Source of the DNA: Hydrolagus affinis
Taxonomy: Eukaryota
DNA: 63,841 nucleotides
Direction: 5' to 3'
Assembly: GCA_012026655.1 (NCBI GenBank)
Contig: JAAILG010000767.1
Location: 160-64,000 of the forward strand
Of the stretch, positions 36,631-49,749 are shown piece by piece (positions within the stretch are counted from its first letter, which is position 1; the number at the start of each line of letters is the position of its first letter). The position numbers and the translations under genes are program-made. The notes under the pieces are model-generated. The model made no database searches and was not told the DNA's origin. It saw only the letters and a list, made by a program, of their open reading frames with translations.

Positions 36631-39164
36631 ATTACTAATCACATTTTTACTTCAGTTTTCCTTCTTTTCAACACTCGTGGTGTTCTGTACAATGGGTCTT
36701 TGATCTTTACGTAGGTTTTTCAGTTTAGCAAAATAATGTGAGCACAGATCTCTTGAGCTGATTAACATCCTTCTGCCCTACTACTCAATGTCTTTGGTTA
36801 ACTTTGCCTTTATGGAATTGTGATTTAAAGTTAATGGAACCTTAAATTTCAGGAGGACACAAGATATGAAGTATTTTGTGTGAGGAATCAATAATAATAG
36901 GAAGAATAACAATAATCATTGCATTTGATTTAATGCGACTTGGTGAGCTTTTGGCTTTGAGGGATATTAGATCGAACCCTTTATTTTAGGAGAGGAATGC
37001 AATGCTTGACGGAATGGGTTATGAGCAATAACTAGCATTCATTAAATATTCTATTTTTATAGCTTCAAAAAGCTGATGACTTGGAACATGATTTTTACTG
37101 CAGCTAATTATTTTGATATATTGAGGAAACCAATTCTAACCAAGACTCTGTAATGCATTGAAAGATATAAACACCACAAAAATGTATTCCCAGGGGGCAC
37201 AAACATAATTAAAATACTTTCTGGAAAAATAAAGGTAAGTGGTACTTTCCTTATACAAATAAACTTGCACTATATTCCTATTTATGTCAGAAATTATCTA
37301 TTTATTTTCTGGAACAGGTTAAAATTAATGTGAAACTACGCATCATCTATTAAATTGTTTACAAAAGACCTGCTTACAAAAGACCGGTTTCTTTAATAAC
37401 CTAAAACAATTAAAGATGATTTCTATTAAATGCCATCATTGACTTTATTATAATCTTATCACTAGTTTATACACTCTTTGTTGGTCAGTATATTTATACA
37501 AAGTATGTATGTAGTGTTATAACAATGGTGTGAACATCCACCCGCACAGTGCTCCTGGTGGGAGGTAACTCTCAGTGGCATAGTTTACAGCTTTTCCAAA
37601 GCTGGCTATATTCCCAGTCCTGAAGCACAGCTTTCTCTCACATTCTTTCCACTCAACTGACCTAATGTGCAGGGACAGAAGAATTTATTTTCCCCCCACC
37701 CCCTCAATTTATAGCACTTTTCCCCCTTTCTAACTCCCTTGTTTGCATAGATTCCTGAATAAACTTATTGGCTCTTAAGCAATGGCAAATATTCTTCTTA
37801 GATCAGTGCTCTCACATTTTACAGAATGGTTTAGTAGGAAAACAGGTCCCACTCTGACGTGTGAGCATCAGAACCCACTATTTTTCAATAGGATGGCTAA
37901 ACAAAAATGAAAAGTGTTGCAGTGTGCAAGGGAAGAGATTAAAGGATGAATCCTCTCTTGATAATGAATCATTGCAACTGATAGCAGGACTGGAATACAT
38001 CTCTGTTCAACGTCACACACATAAAGAGCTAAGGCACAAAAATATAATGTGCTTCCACTAGGTGTAGGTATAATATTCTACCTCTATTCTACCACTGTCG
38101 TTCAGTTATATTTCAGGGGATCACAACTGCAGTATTTCACCACCTTGTAGCAACATAGTATAAATATAAATGGAATATATTATCTAAGTGTGATCATGTG
38201 TATTATTCGGGATTCTAAAATATAATTTGGGTAGTGGGGGATGTCTTTGTGCTTGAAAGTACAAAGTATACACAAATTACCTGAACCATCGTGGCATAAA
38301 ACAAGCCAGAATATTTACATGTAAACAAGGCAAGTTTAGCAATCAATTCTATTTCACTCACTGTGAACCTGCTACACCTTTACAAAGATGTAGCATTAGT
38401 TTCGTAGGCAATTCAATCGGTTTGCTCAGATAAGTATTTGAGGAGCCAGGGAAATTCATTGTGTAATTACTGTACTTTGCTTATGTTCCAATTCATGAAC
38501 ATAAATAATTTTGTGTTAACTTAATTTGGGTCTTCAAAAATCCTCCTTCAACACTCAAATAGCGTATTTCCAGTTCTTTGTAGCTAACTGAGATGAACTA
38601 GCCCAGAATAATTTAAGGCATTTAAAAGCTTTGTTTATGATAAGGTGGAATTACTTACTGCACATGGAAATAAATAAGTTGTTTTGGATTTCCATGATAA
38701 TAGGTTAACTGTGATAATAAGCAAGTTTCATTGAAATGGATTAAAATGTCACTGGGAATTACATACTTTGGAATTGGTATAAACCTGAAATCCCTTACAA
38801 TTCTCCCCTTGTGAGGAGTCCTAAACCTGAGTGCAAAGGCAGAGGGAGGAATTGAAGAATAGAATTGAAAAGGGCAAAAAGTATTCGAGGGAACTACCCT
38901 GGCTTCTCTCATGCAGTTCTCAGCAAACTGAGTGGATTGACTATGAAACTATTGCTACATTTCCCTGTGAAGTGCCAGGTTCATGGCCAAGGGAATAGAA
39001 ATGATGATTTAACTTGCCTTGTTTACATGTGAATATTCAGGTACTGATGTGAAATTCTTAGCTGATGAAGCAATATATTCAGCAAGAAATCCAAAATGGT
39101 AGACATGGGTCCAAACTCTCCATTTCTTAAGATTTTAATAGTAATGAATGTATAAGCCTCTGAT

Positions 39165-39232
39165 AGCACCTTGGGACGTATTCTTGACGTGAAAGGCCCT
39201 CTATAAATTTAATTTTCTGGTTGTTGTTGTTG
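39165..39232 (+). mobile_element. L2 3' tail
   Basis: agcaccttgggacg...gacgtgaaaggccctctataaat...(TTG)n. Confidence 0.75.
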
Positions 39233-39299
39233 ATATAATATTTATACGAGTGTTTATTGTATACATTTGGATAATGTCACAATTAATACATTTTATGTA

Positions 39300-39630
39300 T
39301 CAGTGGGAAGATTGGTGCAATTGGTCTCAGTACCCCTGGGTCATAAAGATGAAAAATCAGTCTAGTGAAGCTGCTTTGAAGTAATCCATGTGAAGTAATC
39401 ATCAAGTAAAATCTACTGGAAGTGTGTGTGTGTGTGGACACTGGATGAGGACGGAATTTAGGTCATCTGTGCTGTCCCACAGTTGAATAGCCTGGGAACA
39501 CGCAGTGTCTAGGCTTGCACTTGAAGAATGACCACTTCAATGAGGTAACAGAGAACAGAGAGCTGCTGTTGCCCGTGGACTATACCCTAGCATGGGTCAC
39601 CACCTTCAGGACACAAGGATTAAGAGGAGG
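39300..39630 (+). mobile_element. Ancient SINE-like interspersed repeat (family not named)
   Basis: caattggtctcagtacccctggg...aaaaatcag...actggaagtgtgtgtg...gaatagcctg...gaagaatgaccactt...cccgtgga...ccttcagga. Related diverged copies lie near 48740-48970 (-), 56270-56560 (+) and 59030-59210 (+). Confidence 0.55.
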
Positions 39631-39875
39631 AAATAGTTTTTTTCTATATAAAGTTATATATTAACCAGAACTGAATGACTGGTTGCACAAACAATAATTC
39701 CTTTATTTTTCACTTCAGTTCTATTCTATTTGTATATTTGTTTATTACCCAGACATTTAATATTCAACAGAAACTTGGAGTGTGAAATAAATGTACAACA
39801 TTAACTGAAAATGCTGCCAATAATCTTTTGGTTTAAGACATGTAACACATTGGACATTTTTTTTAAAATGTATTG

Positions 39876-39933
39876 AACAACAACAACAAAATTACTTTTA
39901 TAGCGCCTTTCATGTCAGGAGGATGTCCCAAAG
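39876..39933 (-). mobile_element. L2 3' tail
   Basis: (AAC)n-aaaattac...agcgcctttcatgtcaggaggatgtcccaa. Confidence 0.75.
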
Positions 39934-40009
39934 AAGTCTAACAAAAAATATTAGCAATTGATACCCGCCAATCTATCAAAATCATTCACACTTTCCCTCC
40001 TATTTGTTA

Positions 40010-40125
40010 TTCGTTCACAAAATACACAGTCAATCCATTTTGCAACATATTCTATGTAGCGCTTTGAGATGTCTCAACAACATAATAAGGCATTATATCA
40101 AATGCAAGGATTATTATGATATTAT
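40010..40125 (+). mobile_element. Deu-SINE tail fragment
   Basis: gcgctttgagatgtc...atatcaaatgcaaggattatt. Confidence 0.7.
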
Positions 40126-40156
40126 TCACAAAATATATACTTCTCTTCCTAGCTTT

Positions 40157-40219
40157 CAGCACCTTGGGATGTCCTCCCGACACGAAAGGCGCTCTATGAA
40201 TGTAATTTTGTTGTTATTG
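40157..40219 (+). mobile_element. L2 3' tail
   Basis: cagcaccttgggatgtcctcccgacacgaaaggcgc...taattttgttgtt. Confidence 0.78.
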
Positions 40220-40287
40220 CATTGAAAAAGAGATGGTAAATGGCAATTGCTTCGGAGGACCTAATTTAATCTTTTCTTTCCTGTTAG

Positions 40288-40418
40288 TTTCAACAGTGTC
40301 CGACTTGGGAATCACATACTTTTCCGTGAATTCAGCTTCATCAAAGCCACCCAATACAACAGAGCTTCGTTTTTACGAATATTCTGGCGTTGTTTCCGTC
40401 AGATAGGCAAAAATGGAG
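40288..40418 (+). CDS. CSTPP1: CSTPP1 internal coding exon
   Basis: Branch-like cctaat, then cttttctttcctgttag|T; donor G|gtaagt; 131 nt, phase 2-1. Encodes FNSVRLGNHILFREFSFIKATQYNRASFLRIFWRCFRQIGKNG. Confidence 0.96.
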
Positions 40419-40989
40419 GTAAGTCAGATTTGCAACTCTGTGATTGATAAAGTTGATTAGCATTTCTGGTTCTTATCATACATTATTGGAAAGATGGACT
40501 AACTCCTGTATTTTTTAAAGTCATTAATTAAAAGACCAGTCCTAAAATTTATTAGGTCAGATAAGCATGTTTTTTTAAACAAAGATGACCTGTGACATTA
40601 ATGAAGACATTTCTTATTTGAATTTGTGTTCAATAATAATATCACAGCGACTCAATGGTTATGTGGTTAATGGTGTGGTGGTGGTGGTGGTGAAATAAAA
40701 CTGATTTATACAATATTTGTTCTGTAAAAATGCCAAACCACAAACTGTGTACAGTAATAGGGTTAATCAGGAAATTGACAGAAATCTGCTTTTCTGTAGT
40801 ACGAGGATTATTGAATAATTACTATATTGCACTAGTTGGTTTTACATGTATTTTGTTTCATTTACTTTCCATTGGTATTTTTCCTAGTTAATAATCTGGA
40901 ATTCTAGTCTAAAAACAATTCATGTATGAATTTCACATTGTTCTAAACACAAAATGAGGATGTGAGTATGTTAATCCATCTAATCTGCT

Positions 40990-41122
40990 TCGCGCAATTA
41001 GCTACCGCATTTTGCCCACAAATATACAGTCAGTTCACTTTACAGTAAATTCTGTGAAATGCTTTCAGACGTCTAGAAGATGTGAAAAGCGCTATATCAA
41101 ATGCAAGGATTATAATTATTAT
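40990..41122 (+). mobile_element. Deu-SINE 3' half
   Basis: gcgcaattagctaccgc...gtgaaaagcgctatatcaaatgcaaggattat. Confidence 0.82.
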
Positions 41123-41169
41123 TAACTGCTTAATTAACAAAACAACTTTTGTGCATTCATTGAAAATTG

Positions 41170-41476
41170 TGGAGTCCTGTAACTCGGTGATTAGAGCACT
41201 TGCCGTGCAAACAAGACACCTTGGTTTGAATCCAGGCAGAGCAAAACCTTGGGTAAGTTTCCTTACTCCACACGCCTGATAAGAATCCCTCAAAAAACAA
41301 TAACAAATTGGTCATCACAATGCATTGCTGTTTGTTGGACACTGCTGTGCGCAACTTGCTGCAACGTTTCGCCCACACAATATGCAGACAACTCACTTTA
41401 CCATATATTCTGTGAAGTGCTTTGAGACGTCTAGAAGACGTGAAAAGTGCTATGTCTAAATGCAAGGATTATTATT
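41170..41476 (+). mobile_element. Deu-SINE, full length
   Basis: ggagtcctgtaactcggtgattagagc head through to the tail. Confidence 0.88.
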
Positions 41477-42114
41477 AAATTGAATCTCAGACTGAATACG
41501 TTGAGTAAAGGTATGCTGTTTGATCCTGAATCTTCAGAAAAAGGCTTCTAATTCAGTAATCTGAGGAGGAGGAAGTCTCCGCATACTTCACTAATGCAGT
41601 ACTGTATTCAATTTCAGTTTGAGACATTTTAGATCTGATAATGTGTTTTATTTCAAGTAGCATGATGCACACTTCGTACCAACTTTAAAATAGCTTGTCT
41701 GGTAATGGAATCAAAGAATCTTTTATTTTTATTCAATTAAAGGATAATTGCTATCTGACTTATCCTCTTCTGACTCCCAACCTGTTAAGTACACAGTGTT
41801 TGAACTGGCTGAGAATCACAAGCTAGAGCAGAAGACTAGATAAGACCAAAGTTTAATCCCGTCTTTAGTCTCAATTTACAGTTGTCCAGAGGGCATGGTT
41901 TGCAAGTCTCAGTACGAAAGAAGACTTACATTGATCTCTGCGGAAATACCCACAGCTGGACTGTCCTGCCCTTTTAACTGGAACGAAGGAGAAAAGGGAA
42001 TCGTTGTCCTCAATACTTTTTGTTTCCTTGTTTTTGTTGAATTATTTCTGCTCAATCCTTAGGCTACATTTGACTTCTTGATTCAGCTGATTTGACCCTG
42101 ATCTTTCCAATGTT

Positions 42115-43053
42115 TCTATCTCTCTGTCTCTACCCTTGACTCCAGGACCACTGCTGTCCTGACAAACTGCCTGTCAGACATCAAGTCCTGGATGACAGCT
42201 AATTTTCTAAAGTTGAATGTCAGCAAGACTGAGGCCCTCCTGATTGGCTCGCACCAATGCCTTCACACATCAGGCACTGGCAGCATCAACCTCCATGGTT
42301 GCACACTCAACCTCACCAAGCCAGTCAAGAACCAAGATGCCTTGTTCGATCCTCAACTGCCTTTCCTTCCCCACATATAAGCCATAACCCACTCTGCCTT
42401 CCCTCATCTCCACAATATTGCCTGACTCCTCACCCCTCAGGCCGCTGAAACCCTCATTCATGCCTTCATCACATCCATGCTTAACTACACCAACAGGCTT
42501 GTCGGCCTTCCCAATTCCTTCCTCCACAGGCTGCAGATAATCCAGAACACTGTGGCCCATGTCCTCTACCACTCCATGCTCCGTGATTCCATCTTCCCCA
42601 TTCTTGCCCAACTCCCATAGCTCCCCATCACCCAGAGGATTCAATTCAAGATCCTGGTCCTCACCTTCAAAGCCCTCCATGGCCTTGCTCTATCCTACCT
42701 CTGGGACCTACTAACCCCTACCAACCTGCCCATCCGTTCCACTCAGCAGGCTCCGGCCTGCTCCATGTCCCCCAACCATGCCGCCACAGCATAAGCGGGC
42801 GAGCCTTTAAGCACTCTGCCCCTAACCTCTGGAATTCCATCCCGCAGAATCTCCATCCCGCCACCTCCCTAGCTTCCTTCAAGTCCCACCTCAAGACCCT
42901 CCTCTTCGACAATCTCAATGGTCACCCCAAATCCCCTCTTTTCCCTCCACCCTCCCCATCCCAGACTCAACTCGGGTCTGAAACAATGATTGTCCAGCGC
43001 CTTGGGATGTCCTCCTGATGTGAAAGGTACTATACAAGTGTAATTTTGTTGAT
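42115..43053 (+). mobile_element. L2 LINE, 5'-truncated, frameshifted
   Basis: CLSDIKSWMTANFLKLNVSKTEALLIG, ETLIHAFITS and IQFKILVLTFKALHGLA motifs, followed by a C-rich UTR and the L2 tail. Confidence 0.93.
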
Positions 43054-43424
43054 ATTCTTCATAGGAACATATATCCTTCCCACTTCTCTTTTAAAATGGT
43101 TTTAACCCTGCCAGGTCTTGGTTTTCTTTTGTATTTCTATTAAATAGAAACGTCGCAGCTAAAATCTTAATCGACAAAACTCGCAGATCAGTAAAATTAA
43201 ACAGGATAATTGATTTGGAAAATAAAAGCAGTTACCACTGCATTTAACTGGTCATTTTACTTGTGTATGAAACGATTCACTTTTGCTACTTGACATGTAT
43301 GATGACATGTTTACAGCACTGTTGAAAGAGAAGCGAGAAATCATGTGCCTGTTTCATACTGGTTGAAGCAATGCAACATCACCGCCAACAGTAGAGTGGT
43401 TTGAAACAGGAAACTGGATACACA

Positions 43425-43535
43425 TCCAGCTCACATTAAGTATAAAAGTAAGGAAGTAGTGTTAAATTTATATAAAATCTTGGTGAACCACATTTGAAGT
43501 TCTGAGGGCATTTCTCCTCACCATATTGCAGGAAT
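43425..43535 (+). mobile_element. Degraded CR1 ORF2 fragment
   Basis: tataaaagtaaggaagtagtgttaaatttatataaaatcttggtg = YKSKEVVLNLYKILV. Confidence 0.65.
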
Positions 43536-43609
43536 AGAGTGGAATTAATGATCTGGCAAAACCATCTCCTCAAGTGCCCCAGGTCCCATGAGATTCACTT
43601 CACAATCAA

Positions 43610-43785
43610 ACAGCAGTTTGTGGGACATCGCTATGCATCAATTGGCTGCTTTTGCATGCAAAAGACAGTCACTACACTTTTCAGTAAATCCTGTGAACTG
43701 CTTTGAGACGGCCTCCCTCACACCGGGAGGCCGTCTGAAAGATCACATATATCAAACGTAAGGATTATTATTTGTTATTATTATA
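43610..43785 (+). mobile_element. Deu-SINE 3' half
   Basis: gtttgtgggac...aaattggctgc...ctttgagacg...aaggattattatt. Confidence 0.75.
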
Positions 43786-44608
43786 ACTCCTGCTATCAGC
43801 ACAAACAATAAAAGTGTATAGTACAGTGGCCTCCAACTGAAATGAATGTATGCAGGTCCACTGAATGAAATTTCTGGATATTGAATTATTCGTTATTGTA
43901 CAGTAGTTCAAAGTTTAGTTCAAAATGTCAAACAATGTCCTGCAAAAAACCCTTTTTGCCCATAAGCAGTAGATTAGTTACTGCACCTGCAGAACAAAGG
44001 CCTTGGCAGGGATGTCAGAACAGCAACATCTGAACAATCTCTAAGTCAAAGTGAAATGAATTACGTTCAATCAGCGCAACTCTGGTCTTGTTGTGTGGAA
44101 TATAAAAGCTCCTTGAACAAATATTACATTTGACAGCTGTTTCAAATATGAAAGCACACGTTTTTTTCTACAAGCACAGTCAGACTCGGTTGAATAAACC
44201 CCATCAAACAATAATTGCAAATAGTTACTGCTTTTAATTGTTTTTTTTAAAACTTTAAATATTGCTTAATGTTGTGCAATATAAGTGAAAAACCTTTTTA
44301 AAAATACAATTCATATCAGAAAAAGACAAAAGAATCATACTCTGCGTTAACACATCTCTCATTTTTTTTGTTTAGGTGCACTGTGTTTCCAGCATTTTAT
44401 AATTTGCTTCAAACTTCTACTATTAAAAGTGGGGTTTTTTTATTTGTAGCATTCCAAGTTCTACACCATAATGTGAATTATTCCTTAAGGAAACTTATTG
44501 CTAGAGTAAAATGACCATTAAAATATCTTTCTAGATGAAAAGGGTAAAGTTATGGAACCTTTTATTTCAGTGTGCAGATGTATCCAATTGAACCCCCAAG
44601 TAATTTTG

Positions 44609-44805
44609 GAAATCACTGGGAACATTTAGCAGGTCAGGCAGCATCTATGGAGAAAGGAAAGTTAGTCAACGTTTCAGGTCTACGACCCTTGGTCAGAACC
44701 TGGTTATGGACCCAAAACATTGATTAATTTTTCCTTTCTCTAAAAATGCTGCCTGACCTGCTGAGTGTTCCCAGCGATTTCTGTTTTTGTTTCAGATTTT
44801 CAGCA
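44609..44805. mobile_element. Penelope-like termini in inverted (hairpin) arrangement
   Basis: Arm ~44609-44680 is the reverse complement of ~44709-44781 (roughly 80% by eye); same family as 23433-23530. Confidence 0.72.
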
Positions 44806-47800
44806 ATATTTTACATTTTTCCCAAATAACTGCCATAGTTACATATTCTGGACACCCTCAACCCAACCGTGCTAGAAGCAATATCATAACGTATGGCCTT
44901 GAGACACATTCATACTGTTGTCATTTTTTTGCTTGAATATTGTAGCTGAATTTCATTGTATGTTTAACGTTTGCCTTTTCAAGAAAAATTCACATTAACA
45001 CTGCACTGCCAAGTAAAAGGTGGGGTTATCTAAAATTGAAGTAAATGGCTGATTCTAAAGCCCCTGCCCTTTCTACAAGAAAGGAAAGCTCTGTATTTAG
45101 TTAGATTATCTGGTGATTTAATAAAGAACATAATGTGGTGATGGATAAATCTACAAAGCGGTATAGAGTTTGAATCTCTGCTTGAACTATGGGATGGACT
45201 ATAAACGGCCAATGGACTGCAGATACTTTCTGTTTGAACTGCAGATGGAGCTTCTAAGATTTAGTCGTGTTAAAGAAAAACTAAATCCACATGAAGAGTC
45301 TGCTGACTAAAAGAAAATTTAATTGAGGAAATTCTTTGCTATAGCTTTCTCTGATCTGTACACCTTGTGTAAAAGCGATGAGTAATCAGGGTGGCATTCA
45401 GTTTCAAACAAAGTGTAAATATGTGAGGTGCAGGAATAAATACCTTTCAGCTAACTGGTTAAGTTCCAGGATGAAATCCTTCTCAAAGCTCATGACCACA
45501 ATGATGAATTACGATTAATTCGGAGACTGGGTGATACAATATTACTGCATCACAGTTCATGTGGAAAAGATACACACACACACGGTACTGTGTGAAGTGT
45601 GCAGCCGCAATTGGCCAATGTTAGCATGGATACAGTGCTGGATAAGCAAAGCGATAGAACAAACTGGCAGTCGCAAGTCTGTTTACGTAATTGCTCTTAA
45701 CCGTTACGTGGATTACAAGTGTATGGACAATGATGGTCCTTATTCACATTGATTGTAACAACATTCCAAAGTGCTTCCAGTTTCTTTGAAACTTTAAGAT
45801 TTGATGCAGAAACGTCAGTGTTGTCTGGGTCTGCACATCAGTCAGATGATGGTAAAGAAGTGTGTAGTAATGGATTGAAGCCTATCTCGGACATCTCCCT
45901 CAAAAGCTAATCCCTCACATCCATTACATACGTGAAGTTGTTCTACACAGATAGATAAGGCATCTGTACAAAGACAGAGGATTTCCTCAATTGATCATAT
46001 GCTTATGTATTTTTAAGGGAAGAACAATATGGGTTGATGGCAGCATACCAAAGCAACAAAAAACAATGGCTTGAGCTGGTTACTGATTCAGGAGTGGTGC
46101 CACAGTGCACATTAGCAATAATCTTGACCATCACAAACAACCCTCCTCCCCCCATTTTTGCTGCACGTTGCATATTTATTGACTACTATATATGCGGTAT
46201 AAACTCAGCATAATTGCTGCCTGCTACATCTGTGTAAAATCAGGTGGTCCAACAGTTTGTGTTTCGGACAAAGCATAAGATATATATATATATACTGTAT
46301 ATAAAGTATGTTTCAAGATTTCTTATGTTGCAACCATATTTGCTGATCTCCATTTTATAAATATTTCTTTGCGTGGTGCTTTATTTTGACGGTATCTGAG
46401 AACTTATTTTAAAACAATATTTTGGTAAAGAACGTTTTGTTGCAAAAGCTGTGATTTTAAATATCTTTCATGTGAGTACTAATCTGATCAGAGTTGTGCT
46501 TTGTAATAGACAGCTGCAGCAGCTTTTATTGACTGATAAACTTCCCTGGTGGCTTTCCATCAAAACAATGTCTCCATTTCAGGCCCAAGCAACAAGATAG
46601 AACAACGTTTCTGATTCAAAAGCTACATCTAAGACATCTGAGAATTACTGCTGGCAGGGACAACAGCCTCTGTGGGATGCTAGCCAAAGACTTGCAGTAA
46701 CAAAGTTATTTGTAAAGAATCAATTCAGAGGGAATTAAGTGGTTAAAAAAATTGTTAGTTAGTTTCCCTATTCTGAGGGAGAGGCGGATTAATATTGCAC
46801 TTGTTCAGAAAGGAAATATTTCTAAACTCTTAAGCGCTGATCTTCTTATGCAGAATTGAAATGTGGCACAGTTAAAATAACTTTCGGACCAGAGTATAAG
46901 AAGGAATCGATCTGCCTTGGAATCTAATACTCATTGTTGCTATTAAAGAGTTGAATAGCCCTTGTATTTTCGGAAGTGTTAGATACAGTGTTGTTCATTT
47001 TGTCACATTTTCTCTTTCGAGTAGTGTTAATTTGAATCTGTACCATTCATTGGTGAAATAAATCAAGATATAGTTAGTCAACACCAACGACGCCGTCTTT
47101 GGTTAGTTGATGCACATTGTAGTAGGATGTCAAGAGCTGTAGAACGCTGAGGTACAAAAGAATATGTTAGATGAGACAATGGAATTATTTTTGATTTCAG
47201 GAGGTTGAAGAGCACATGGAACAATTTGAAAGGTTGAAGGAGCAATGTCCATAATAGGAATTCAGAATTTTGGTTGAAAAGAAGCACTGAATTGGAACTG
47301 TTATATTGGACATTGTGTATTCTAATTGTACAGGTATCATTTTGCAGGTTTATGTTTTAAGTGGATTTTAGCACTAAAAGCATTGACATTATTTGCATTT
47401 GATTCGCTGCAATTTTTTAATGATACGGTTAATATTCAGGTAGGCAGCCTTGGCATGAGGCAAACCATTAATTGAGCTGCCTGAGGCCTTGACAAAACAA
47501 GCAAAGCAAGTGAAGCAACCGTGCAAATCATCGGATTAAACACAAATCCTTCATCTTTCATGTTCTTCTGTAAAAGTGATACTGTTGTTATGCACTGCTG
47601 TAGCTTTTTTCATTTGAAAAGTATGATAGGTACTAATTATAAAGCACAACAAAACAAATCAGCTGCCTGGAAGATGCTAAAATTGCTGTGGCCATTTGGA
47701 ATTGCTGCAATCAGTTGTAATCAAAGACATCAAAAAATTTGACTCAAGTTACATTTCTGTAAACTAAATTACTGAACCTGTAAATATTGAGCCTGCATCA

Positions 47801-49749
47801 ATGTGGTGCTGGATGGACATATGAAAGCCACCCAGGATTACATTAGAAATAGATATGTGCTAGATGCATAAACGCTTGAAGTGCAACTTTCCGAAAGAGC
47901 ATTTGGAGTCTGGGTGAGTAGGAATTTTGTTAAAAAAAAACTTCACACTCATATCACAAAGACCCAATGATGCAATATGCTGATGTACCAATATTCTGGT
48001 ACAATGTGTTAATCATTTTCCAATGTTCTAGCTTGATGCCATGTGCACTTCTATTATATTTGTTACTTTCTTCTAAACAGAATTCTCTTTGTTTACCAAA
48101 TTGTATTGCTTGAGATTAATACAGATTACAGACACACACATTTTACCAGGTCAATTTAGAATCACACAATTCTTAGAGCATATATATGAAGTCTAGCACC
48201 CATGCATAGCTTCAGAGAATCTGAATATATCGGGAGAACATTTGGACGAAACCAATGCTTATTATTTTAAATTCCCAACTACAATACAACAGTTATTTTG
48301 TCAAGTGATAACTTTTGTATCTCAGAAATGAACAATATAAGGTTATACTGTATATTTATAGATATTGCTACTGTGATGTGAAAATGCCACGGCACAGGGA
48401 CAAAAAACATCAAGTTAAAACCTAGTGGAGTCAAAACAAAAATGATTCTTTACCATTCATTTGGAGTCCAGGAATAATTGAATCTAATGGATTTTTGTTA
48501 TGAATTTTTAAAAAGTGCTTCTTTAAATGTTTTTTCCTCTCTTCATTTGTAATTGTTTTCCAAATACAGTATTGTGAAACAGGTTAGGCTTATTTATTAA
48601 TTTCAAGTTTCAGTTGAACGGAAAACTGTTACTGATTAATTTTGAGAGAACTCTTTACTTCAGGAAATTTTACAGGTGTAAAATTATTAACAGTTAATTA
48701 TCTTTTCACAATGTAATTTTGGATTGACAGTCAACATGACCGTGCATCAAACAGCTGCAGATATGTCACTTATTATTGATGTGCGAGTCTCAGCAGCAAA
48801 TGTTTGCAGCCTATTCACCTGTGAGGGGGCATTGTCTCAAAGCATAATTTCTTCCTGACCTCCACATACACACACTTCTAGTAAGTATCACTGAAGCAAG
48901 ATCAGAGGAACTCTTTCCCCTTCCTAACCCAAGGTGTTGTAGCCAATTATAGCGCCCTTTCACCCTGAATGAGGCTTAAAATATTAGGTGGTCACTCAAT
49001 TTACTTTTGTGAAATGTGACCAGTTTTGATGAGAAACCACATCAAATGTCAGTACTGCCACCACTTGAAATGAGTAATGACTTCAGTGATAACCTGGCCC
49101 CGTCCTTAGAAGTGAAATGTATGATGCTGCCATTCCAACCTGGTCTCGTGTTTTACTGACATATCAAAGTGAAAGCAAAAAATAACAATGCATCAAAGGA
49201 AACAGCTTGTATCTCTTGATAAACTATATTGGTATAGTGTTATGTTATATAGTTTATATTGATAAACTATTCAGAAACTGACATTTTGCAACTCTCTGAG
49301 CATTTGTAACAGCATTTAAACATCTGCTTCAAGTGAATCTAGTACACTTCATCTGGGAATATGTAATATATTAAATGTAACACATTCTCTGCATTTATCA
49401 GTCTGCCTCTTTTAAATAGTATTACCATCAGCGATTATTCTCTTAAATCGGCAAGTCTATTAACTTTGCATTAAATTTTCAGAAAATAATTGCAACCAAT
49501 ATTTTAACAAATGGATACAATTTCCTTGCAATTAAATTGCAGTTCATGTTTAAACTAGTTTAACTACAGGGCACTTCCCAATTATGTTTAATATAATGAA
49601 ACTATTGTACATATTAACTTAATTGTCACTCAAGCAACAAGTGTCTGATCAAGTGAGGCAGAGGGAAAAAATCCTGTATCCAACGAGCAAGTTCGATGGG
49701 TAGGGAAAATGTGCGGTTTTTGTTTCTCCACAATGATCTGTAATGGTAG

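Noticed and set aside
36295-36642. Proline-rich ORFs (also 42270..42680)
   Set aside because: They arise from C-rich L2 sequence read in alternative frames or on the other strand.
37063-37234. Exon candidate with a perfect AAG|gtaagt donor
   Set aside because: All three frames contain stops from either nearby acceptor (37063 or 37104), with no protein similarity; probably cryptic.
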